Origin: Bdellovibrionota bacterium
GTDB taxonomy: Bacteria; Bdellovibrionota; UBA2428
NCBI GenBank assembly: GCA_964202055.1
Contig: CAXNGS010000001.1
Location: 358,439 to 422,438 of the forward strand
Length of the DNA: 64,000 nucleotides
Direction: 5' to 3'
The position numbers were made by a program, and so were the translations under genes. Below are positions 57,154 through 64,000 of the stretch, in pieces. Numbering within the stretch: the first letter of the stretch is position 1; every line of letters starts with the position of its first letter. The notes beneath the pieces are model-generated. The model worked only from the letters and a program-made list of their open reading frames with translations, was not told where the DNA came from and did not search any database.

Positions 57154-57579
57154 TTAGGCTTCTCCACTCCTCCTGTTTTCATCATTGATTAAACTTTCTT
57201 GCAAGCCCTTTTTTGTGGGCTTCTTGGGCGCCGCAGGAAGCCCCATTTGCTTTTGGAGAAGCGCTCTAAGGTCGGCGGACAGCTCGCCCGTTTGTTTGGC
57301 ACGTTTCAGCAGGGCTTCGAGCATCGCCACTTCGTCGAAGTGAAGAGAGCGAATGTCTCGGACATCTTGATCGGACAAGATTTCGGCTTGCCTGATGAGC
57401 GCCCAGCTCGCGGCCTGACTCTTCGTGATCTGGCCCGCATCGAATCCACTGTTCACTCGCTCCGTAATCTTCGTTATCGCCTCCTCAGCATCTCGGGCCA
57501 CCGTCAGTCGATATTGCTCATCAGTTTTTCCGTCCCCCGTTCCCCTGTATTTTTGTATTTTATTATTATTTATATCCAT
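57154..57579 (-). CDS. ICE hypothetical protein
   Basis: 141-aa ORF with an AGGA SD sequence, ending 3 nt before the XRE start. Confidence 0.65.
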   Translation of the reverse strand: MDINNNKIQKYRGTGDGKTDEQYRLTVARDAEEAITKITERVNSGFDAGQITKSQAASWALIRQAEILSDQDVRDIRSLHFDEVAMLEALLKRAKQTGELSADLRALLQKQMGLPAAPKKPTKKGLQESLINDENRRSGEA

Positions 57580-57598
57580 TAATTCCTATCCACTTCCC

Positions 57599-57722
57599 AC
57601 AACCCCCGCCTCCTTACTATTCCTTCACCCCCAGCTTCCTGACCCCTTCCACTCAACTCGTTGGGGGGGAGGGGTCAGGAAGCGATCAGGGGGTGAATTC
57701 TTCAAGTGTTGGCGGGGGTTGT
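57599..57722. repeat. 124-bp nested imperfect palindrome (candidate oriT / single-strand origin)
   Basis: Arms acaacccccgcc/ggcgggggttgt, ttcacccc/ggggtgaa, gcttcctgacccct/aggggtcaggaagc. Confidence 0.8.
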
Positions 57723-57803
57723 TCTTTGGTTTCAGAAAGATCGAGTGATTTTCAGAAATAGTTTTCTTCAGAAGTTTAGTTCGTCAGACGAATCAATGAC
57801 GAA

Positions 57804-58580
57804 CTAAACTTCGGTGCTCAAAGATAAATTCGACTGACGGCGTTTCTCGGAAATTTCGGCTATGAGCGCTGCAAGTGTAGTCCTTCGGGTTGGCATTTCA
57901 AGACCTGCATCGGCTGGACTTATTATCCACTCATCCACGAGAGCAAAACCTATAGGCTTTTCATGCGAAGGAAATCTTGCTCGCTTGAAGGCGGTTTTAA
58001 TCGCCTCGACGATTTCCACATTTTTGCAGACGAAGAACACGGCCTTGACGCCTGCAATCCTTCGATAAGCATAAGCGACATCCTCGTAACGCTTAAAGGA
58101 TTTCCTCGAAAGCTCTAGTTCAATGGCGACGTGCACGGGTTTACCAGGCGCATTCAAGGTTACAAGCGCGTCTGGATATTTCGCCGCTGGCCGACGATCT
58201 TGGAGCTTGAAGTCGGCTGCATTCACCTTTTTCAACTCGGCTTCGCTGATCCAGTGTTGGATAAGCCTTTGCTGTTTTGCTCGGAGAAGTATTTTCGCAA
58301 GTATCTCGTCGTGATTGATTTGTCCGACGTGAGGCGGTGGCACGACGGCCATCACCTGAGAATCGGAAATGTCCATAGAGTTAGTGCACAGAACCAATGT
58401 ATCTGAGCACGTTGGCGAAGGATGTTGTTTGAACAAGCCCCGCCGAACAAGATTTAACCAATGCTTTTGCGTATTCCTAAGATCGCCGGAAGAGAAAAAT
58501 TCATAGTACAGACTTCTTGTTAGAAATCCCGTCTTCGCAGCAAAGATGATGGCTTCGGTCGCGTGATACCTCGGCCTCAC
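57804..58580 (-). CDS. Replication-relaxation (Replic_Relax) / MOBC-like relaxase
   Basis: N-terminal winged helix, HD, then PD-x16-ELELSRKSFKRY fitting the D..ExE[RL]xxKxxxRY signature. Confidence 0.75.
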   Translation of the reverse strand: MRPRYHATEAIIFAAKTGFLTRSLYYEFFSSGDLRNTQKHWLNLVRRGLFKQHPSPTCSDTLVLCTNSMDISDSQVMAVVPPPHVGQINHDEILAKILLRAKQQRLIQHWISEAELKKVNAADFKLQDRRPAAKYPDALVTLNAPGKPVHVAIELELSRKSFKRYEDVAYAYRRIAGVKAVFFVCKNVEIVEAIKTAFKRARFPSHEKPIGFALVDEWIISPADAGLEMPTRRTTLAALIAEISEKRRQSNLSLSTEV

Positions 58581-59044
58581 CGTCGGGCATCCCAGCGGGC
58601 TGGTTCAGTGATGATGTATTCATAGTGGCCTTCGATATAGCGATTGCCAAGCGTTCGACCCTCGATCCAGCGAGCCTCCACTTGAGGGGCCTTCAGGTCC
58701 GGCATGGCTCCACTCACTGGGTGAGGAGCCGATGCCTGCCCCTTCTTGAAGGCTTCCCCCCGCTGCCGTTCAAGCGAAGAAAATGTATAAGAACCAGCGA
58801 CCATCCCCGCCATGCCACCAAGTGTTGCGCCAATGACGACGTTGCGTGTGCGGTTCTCACCATTCTTCCCAGCGTCGGCAATCCCGCCAATTGCGGCGCC
58901 GCCAAGGGCTCCGAGTCCCGTACCGAGCCCTACACTTTTGTTCATAGTTGAGCATCCGGCAAACATGAACAGGCTCAGAAGTATAAGGATCACGCCGCTT
59001 AAATACGAAAGATCAAAAAGGCTATGACTTAGGGTTTTTCCCAT
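58577..59044 (-). CDS. Glycine-zipper lipoprotein (TraV/VirB7-like position)
   Basis: Lipobox FAG|C, glycine zipper, C-terminal WI...YIEGHYEY.I..P.RW. Confidence 0.6.
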   Translation of the reverse strand: MGKTLSHSLFDLSYLSGVILILLSLFMFAGCSTMNKSVGLGTGLGALGGAAIGGIADAGKNGENRTRNVVIGATLGGMAGMVAGSYTFSSLERQRGEAFKKGQASAPHPVSGAMPDLKAPQVEARWIEGRTLGNRYIEGHYEYIITEPARWDARR

Positions 59045-59079
59045 AGTGCTTTACCTCCATTTTGGAAAATACGGCAACT

Positions 59080-60699
59080 TCATGCCGCAGACATCGTGTC
59101 AGAATCACTCTCAAGAAGAGAAGCTGATTTCGATTTTTCAAACTTTAAGCGAGATGGCCGCTCTTTTTCAGGTATCGGGATTGGGATAGTCGCAAGGTCT
59201 TCATATTTATCAAAGCGCATTTTTAGCATCTTGGAACCTCGGGCATGAGGCAAGATCATGATGCCTTCGCCAACTCCAAGCTCGCGCTTGAAGTAGTTGG
59301 GGTGGATGACAAACTGTTCGACATCTCGAACGGATGTATCGCCCGTTCGCTCCGCTCGGCCAAAGAATCCCTTTTTTGCCCTTTCCGTACTTTTTATTCC
59401 CTGGACGGTTCCGATGAGTTTTGAAAAATACTCTGCCGAAGTGGGGTCGTTGCCTCGCATGAAAACTTTGATGTTTGAGTTAACCAGTATAGTGTTGGCA
59501 ACAGATTCACCTAGTGCGCTGATGTCACCCAGTGCTTGATGCGCGAAAACGATGCCGACATTTGCGCTCCTGGATTTGTTCAGGATCGAAACAAATCCTG
59601 CGTATAGATACTCAGAGAAATCATCGAGGAACACCGAGAAAAACTTTCGATCTCCGCTTGATCTATGGCGATTCGCTACGGCGCTTTGAAGCGATTGAAG
59701 AATCATCTTCCCTGCCGCCCTCCCAAGAAACGGAGAAAGAAGCACGGGCAGCTGAAAGTAAACGATCAGCCTGTCTTGAAGTGTCTCATCAATCGTGACC
59801 GATGGTTTATCGGCGTTAAAGAGCTGTGCCGTGCTCCCGAACGCGAAGTGACTGAGTGCCGCAAGTAATCCGCTGGTTCTTGTCTCGCGTTCTTTAGACT
59901 CAAGACTCCTAAATGTGATCGCCCATCGAATCAGCGCAGGATCTTTTCCTTTTTCGGCAAGATCAACAAGGATCGCAGGCTCCGAGATTACTTGATGAGC
60001 TTTCAGGAAAGTTGGTGTGACCGATGCTGCGGAAAAGATTCTCATTACTTGAGAAAAGACCTCAAACTGCAAAGCCCTGTAATGCGGATTCTCGAACTCG
60101 AAAGCATTGAAAACTCTTTCGGTGACTTCTTCAGGCGTGCCTCCAAACAGTGGATTGAACTGATGACTCTCTTCGAGAAAGCTCAGACTCACGAGCCTGA
60201 AGTCTTTTTCGCGTCCTGCCTTCACGGTGTATGCCCAGATCTTTTCCAAAAGTCCCCGGTCAGCCTTACCGTCGATCAATAGGAGTCCTCTTTGTTGCTC
60301 AATATCCTGAATCGCCCAGGGGAGAATTAGGCTCTCGGTTTTGCCCGCGTTCGTCGTGCCAACAATCTGTGTGTGCATCGACCTTTGATGGGTCTTGATC
60401 CACACAACTTTGCCTTCGCTCGTTCGTCCCGAACAGACCGCTTCCGATTCTTTTCCTATGATGGATTCATCAAAGCGCTTCTTTTCAAGATGAGCTGAAA
60501 CTTTCCCGTGAATCCAATGCCCAAGGATTGCAGCAAGGTATGCCACGACGAGCCCGAAGGCTATGGCGTGGCGAGGTTCGGAAATCCAAACATCAAGCCA
60601 CTTCCATGCCTTCATGAGAGAGACGCAGCCAAGGAAAAGCCCCGTGCCCCAGAAAAGCATGTGGTCGCTTCCGCCAGATGGATTTTTATCATCTGCCAT
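59080..60699 (-). CDS. Type IV coupling protein (VirD4/TraD-like)
   Basis: Two N-terminal TM helices, H..IVGTTNAGKT Walker A, IDGK, FNP, FLDDF, K.RSA, AHQ. Confidence 0.9.
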   Translation of the reverse strand: MADDKNPSGGSDHMLFWGTGLFLGCVSLMKAWKWLDVWISEPRHAIAFGLVVAYLAAILGHWIHGKVSAHLEKKRFDESIIGKESEAVCSGRTSEGKVVWIKTHQRSMHTQIVGTTNAGKTESLILPWAIQDIEQQRGLLLIDGKADRGLLEKIWAYTVKAGREKDFRLVSLSFLEESHQFNPLFGGTPEEVTERVFNAFEFENPHYRALQFEVFSQVMRIFSAASVTPTFLKAHQVISEPAILVDLAEKGKDPALIRWAITFRSLESKERETRTSGLLAALSHFAFGSTAQLFNADKPSVTIDETLQDRLIVYFQLPVLLSPFLGRAAGKMILQSLQSAVANRHRSSGDRKFFSVFLDDFSEYLYAGFVSILNKSRSANVGIVFAHQALGDISALGESVANTILVNSNIKVFMRGNDPTSAEYFSKLIGTVQGIKSTERAKKGFFGRAERTGDTSVRDVEQFVIHPNYFKRELGVGEGIMILPHARGSKMLKMRFDKYEDLATIPIPIPEKERPSRLKFEKSKSASLLESDSDTMSAA

Positions 60700-61673
60700 C
60701 AGCGCACCGATCCTGCTTCTCGAAAGGCAAAGGCTTCAGTCAAAATGGCTGTGCTGAGTGTTCCTGCTTTAAGTTCCATCCAAGGATTTGTAGTTTTCAA
60801 ATCCTCTGCCCAGGAATCGGCTTGGTCACGGGCCGTTTCGCCGACCGCATTTTTCAAACCATTTTCGTAACCTCCCTCAGATTCACCTGTCTGGGTGCGG
60901 GTCATCGAGCCTTCAGCAAAAGCGCCTACAAATCGTCCTAAGAGTTTTCCTGTGGTCGCTAGGACTGCTCCCGAATGGACGTTGCCTTCGATGCCTGGCT
61001 TTCCGTCCCGACCGATGCCTATTGCGGCAAGCTCACGCATCCGTCCATCTGAAAACACGAGCTGTTTCCAGATCACCTGCGCACGTCCAAGAGACGAGTT
61101 GAAGGCCGCTTCGCCCAGAACTTGCGAGCCTTTTGGGATCGCAACGGTTGATTCATGTTCGATATCCATTTCCACAACGCCTCGAATAGGCATAGAGCCA
61201 GAAGCTACCAATGACAGAGTGTCAACGACCCGAACTTGAATCCGTGTCCCTTGGGAGAGCTGGGTTTTGGCATCAAACCCAGAACGCATAAGAATCATCG
61301 AAGCCCCGAGGCTGCGGCCACCGGAACCGCTCCCATGTCCTCCCTGCGCATTTTCTCCCATAAGCTCCGAAAGACTCGGCACTCGTCGCGAAGGATCGCG
61401 GGCAGCCATTTGGCTCTCATGAAATTGTGACAGCGTGTTGTCTTGAAGTTCTGATCCCGTCCTTTCAACAATTCGACCCGAAGAATCCCGCTGCTCGTTG
61501 AAGACGGTCGCTTCCGGCGGAGGAGTGGGCCAAGCGATGAGTCCTATAACGACGAGCACCACAAGGCCGCCTCCGACTTTTGCAAGTTTTGAGACATCAA
61601 GATCGCGTTTATCGGAAAAAGGCTTCGGATCTTTCAGAAAAAGTTTTGATGCCCACGCTGTCACTTTTTCCAT
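60699..61673 (-). CDS. VirB10/TrbI-like core-complex protein
   Basis: TM helix, Pro/Gly linker, GTRI, IPKGSQVLG, DG.PGIEG; start at ATG 61673, coupled to the upstream stop. Confidence 0.7.
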   Translation of the reverse strand: MEKVTAWASKLFLKDPKPFSDKRDLDVSKLAKVGGGLVVLVVIGLIAWPTPPPEATVFNEQRDSSGRIVERTGSELQDNTLSQFHESQMAARDPSRRVPSLSELMGENAQGGHGSGSGGRSLGASMILMRSGFDAKTQLSQGTRIQVRVVDTLSLVASGSMPIRGVVEMDIEHESTVAIPKGSQVLGEAAFNSSLGRAQVIWKQLVFSDGRMRELAAIGIGRDGKPGIEGNVHSGAVLATTGKLLGRFVGAFAEGSMTRTQTGESEGGYENGLKNAVGETARDQADSWAEDLKTTNPWMELKAGTLSTAILTEAFAFREAGSVR

Positions 61674-62413
61674 GACTCGGCCTCGTGAAGAGTCATGTAA
61701 CTCGTTCGCTTTCTCCTCAATTCGATCCGAAAAGATTCGCTCGAATTGAGGTCTGCGCGCCGGATTTGCAAGACTCCCTGGACTGGCCTGCCTGGTTGCA
61801 ACTCTAAGGATGAAAGAATCAGATTGTGAATCGGTCGAGTCTTGCCTCCTTGGGTGATCCAAAGCCATGCAGGATCGAATTTTCCCGCGCGAGTCGCTGT
61901 TACTTCAAAGTCGATCCAGAGAAGTCCATCAGGTGAGACGAGCTTTTGTTTAGTTCGAAAAATAAGTTCCTCGTTTGTGAGTTGCCGATTCAAGGGAATC
62001 CATGCCACTGTCACGGAATCTTGCATTTTCGGAAGTGCCTGGGCTTCGGACTTCGCTCGTACTGCGGATTCAAGGTAAACCACAAAGTCGGCCTCTTCCT
62101 TCGGAACCGAAACGAGCCTTACATTGTAGCGCCTCCACTCGGTGTAAATGTAGAGATTGCTGCGAGCCCCATAAGAGAGAGGCTTTATGGTAATGGCCTC
62201 ATCCAAATACTCGACCTTGAAGGAATCCAAATCACCGACGACGACGCTCGTGGGTCTTGCCTCGACTTGAATGATCGTGGCAATCCCGAGCGCCGTTTTA
62301 ACGGTTACGATTTGGTCCTGCGGAGCTTGCGCCCGACGCACCTGGGCGAATGATTCCGAGTCAAGAAAGGTTAGAATCAAGAAGATGAGCAAGGAAAACA
62401 AACCCTTTGTCAA
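61661..62413 (-). CDS. VirB9/TrbG-like conjugal transfer protein
   Basis: Signal peptide, V.TALG.AT.IQ, GD, ITIKP, SNL.IYT..RRY; TTG start behind a GAGGAGG SD sequence. Confidence 0.7.
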   Translation of the reverse strand: MTKGLFSLLIFLILTFLDSESFAQVRRAQAPQDQIVTVKTALGIATIIQVEARPTSVVVGDLDSFKVEYLDEAITIKPLSYGARSNLYIYTEWRRYNVRLVSVPKEEADFVVYLESAVRAKSEAQALPKMQDSVTVAWIPLNRQLTNEELIFRTKQKLVSPDGLLWIDFEVTATRAGKFDPAWLWITQGGKTRPIHNLILSSLELQPGRPVQGVLQIRRADLNSSESFRIELRRKRTSYMTLHEAESWKK

Positions 62414-63003
62414 AGTCCCTCCTCTCGCTCCTTTGTGATATAGATTCCCCACGGATTCTCAGGAGTTCTTTCTCCGTATTCAAAATTAAGGCCAAGCCTT
62501 AAGACTCCTGCCGCGAGCACTCCTTGAATGGAAGTCACGCGGTCCCCAGAAATTTCGACCGTTTTCCTTGAAAGGTCGATCTTGAGCTGATCGGGATAGA
62601 GCCTTTGCGATACGCCTTTGTCGGTCGAGAATTTCGCAACTGATCCAGTCGCATTGCGAAACACTTTTTGTGAAGACGACGCAATGAAACTCTCGGCTTT
62701 CTGAAGCTGCATAGCTACGGACTTGGAATCCCACCAGTAACGCAGCTTCAAATAGCGCCTGACCGCCTCCTCAATCTGGACTTCCGCTTTTGGGAGTTCT
62801 GTCATTTGAAGAACCCGGCTCTGGGAATCTGTTACGACGACGATAGGCTCTTTTCCCAAGAGCGAGGCCAGACTCAGAACAAGAATCAAAAGGAGGGCAA
62901 GAAGGCCTAAGCTAAATACTTTCAAAAATTGCACGGAATGAGAAAGCTTCCCCACTAGCGCTGGCAGTGCGGAGACTTTCATGCTGAGTTTATTTGGAGT
63001 CAT
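62410..63003 (-). CDS. VirB8/TrbF-like protein
   Basis: Single TM helix, NTF2-like body, RTPENPWGIYIT motif. Confidence 0.7.
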   Translation of the reverse strand: MTPNKLSMKVSALPALVGKLSHSVQFLKVFSLGLLALLLILVLSLASLLGKEPIVVVTDSQSRVLQMTELPKAEVQIEEAVRRYLKLRYWWDSKSVAMQLQKAESFIASSSQKVFRNATGSVAKFSTDKGVSQRLYPDQLKIDLSRKTVEISGDRVTSIQGVLAAGVLRLGLNFEYGERTPENPWGIYITKEREEGL

Positions 63004-63893
63004 AGATGTCCTTTCTCGTAAGCAGAACGAGTGTCTTTCGGGAAAATTCGCGCATAGCTCTTCTGGGAAAAGTTCTTGCTGGCATTTAGGCTTTCTCTAG
63101 TAATTCGGCTCACCGTTGCGACCCTCGTTGGAGTACCTGTCATCGCGCTAACGGCCGCCGCACCGATAAGAGGCGCAACCGAATTGAGCCCCGATCCAAC
63201 AAGAGAGCTTACGACAAGAGGCGTTGCGAGCATCGCGACCGCGATCACGAAGTTCATCACCATCAAGGTTACGTAACCGCCTTCAATCTGATAGGCGTCG
63301 CCAAAGGAGAGGGCCGTGAGCATCGCCCCTAAGATCGCCCATACGATTTTCCAGCAAGCAACCTCGATCATTCCCTTAAACAGATTGACCGTAATTTTGC
63401 TCGTTGCTGGAAACAGATTGAACAAAAGCAGGATCGGCGCCGCTATCGAGTAGAAAACCCAAAAGAAGTGATACATCGAAAAGGTAATGGAGCGGGCAAA
63501 ATAGAGAATCAGGTAGCTCAAGAAGGAAAGCGTCGCAATGATAAGGTCGTTGAACTGAATCAGAACGCTGGTAACGGAGAGCGAATAAGTTTCGGACTTT
63601 TCTTTTGCCATTCTTATAAACGCATCGATGCCTGAAAGTTTGTCGATCCGTTCAGTTATTCCATCAGCTAGAAAGAGGATACATCGAGTGATTTCAGGAA
63701 ATGCCACTAAGAGCAGAGTCGAGATGATCGCTCGCTTCAATATATCCAGAAACTCAGGACTTCCCTGCGGAGAGCGAAACCACGCTAGGGCTACAGCAAG
63801 CGCAAAAAAGACCGGTAATAGAAGATAGTAGAGCTCGGTGAAATCCCTATGGAGATCACGCATAAGCCCACCTAGAAGCTCAAGGTTTTGCAC
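63000..63893 (-). CDS. VirB6/TrbL-like polytopic membrane protein
   Basis: About 6 TM segments, Ala/Gly-rich C-terminus, position in the transfer operon. Confidence 0.65.
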   Translation of the reverse strand: MQNLELLGGLMRDLHRDFTELYYLLLPVFFALAVALAWFRSPQGSPEFLDILKRAIISTLLLVAFPEITRCILFLADGITERIDKLSGIDAFIRMAKEKSETYSLSVTSVLIQFNDLIIATLSFLSYLILYFARSITFSMYHFFWVFYSIAAPILLLFNLFPATSKITVNLFKGMIEVACWKIVWAILGAMLTALSFGDAYQIEGGYVTLMVMNFVIAVAMLATPLVVSSLVGSGLNSVAPLIGAAAVSAMTGTPTRVATVSRITRESLNASKNFSQKSYARIFPKDTRSAYEKGHL

Positions 63894-63902
63894 GGCGCCC
63901 TC

Positions 63903-63998
63903 CTAGTCTTTGAGAGAAGGAAGCGTTGATTCACGCTCCTTGGGAAGAGAATCAAATGCGTTCGACAGTCCTTCGTATTGCGCTTTGAACTGAGAACT
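63903..63998 (-). CDS. 3' end of the next transfer-operon gene (truncated by the window)
   Basis: Open frame SSQFKAQYEGLSNAFDSLPKERESTLPSLKD* ending 9 nt before the VirB6-like start. Confidence 0.5.
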   Translation of the reverse strand, partial: SSQFKAQYEGLSNAFDSLPKERESTLPSLKD

Positions 63999-64000
63999 GG

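Noticed and set aside
61674-61868. Long N-terminal extension of the VirB10-like ORF
   Set aside because: It overlaps the VirB9-like gene by ~200 bp; ATG 61673 gives a normal short overlap and a typical N-terminal TM position.

Overview
Bacterial chromosomal window, most likely from a Bdellovibrionota/Oligoflexia-like organism. This is inferred from a PilM-like GspL, a G|MTLIE GspG and the many secreted beta-helix and orphan proteins. Left to right: recX; two paralogous secreted beta-helix lipoprotein loci (one broken by an out-of-frame junction); secreted orphans including a metzincin and a signal-peptide-bearing RelE-like protein; an RhlE-type DEAD-box helicase; a divergent ycaQ / zincless Fpg-Nei glycosylase pair; a ~11 kb glycan-modification patchwork; an SCO fusion; and a 1281-aa G8 protein. 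About 30.9-38.2 kb is an accretion zone downstream of tRNA-Ala(TGC), holding an integrase tail, a tmRNA 3' fragment, an IS3 element, brnTA, a DUF4424 gene and two paralogous double-XRE cassettes with matching 11-bp-period repeats. Next come a complete type II secretion operon (gspC-N) and tRNA-fMet. Finally, the left part of an integrative conjugative element (ICE) carries a large serine recombinase that ends inside the tRNA, a MOBC-signature relaxase, VirD4 and VirB6/8/9/10-like genes, and runs off the window end. All family calls come from motif recognition by eye; no searches were run.
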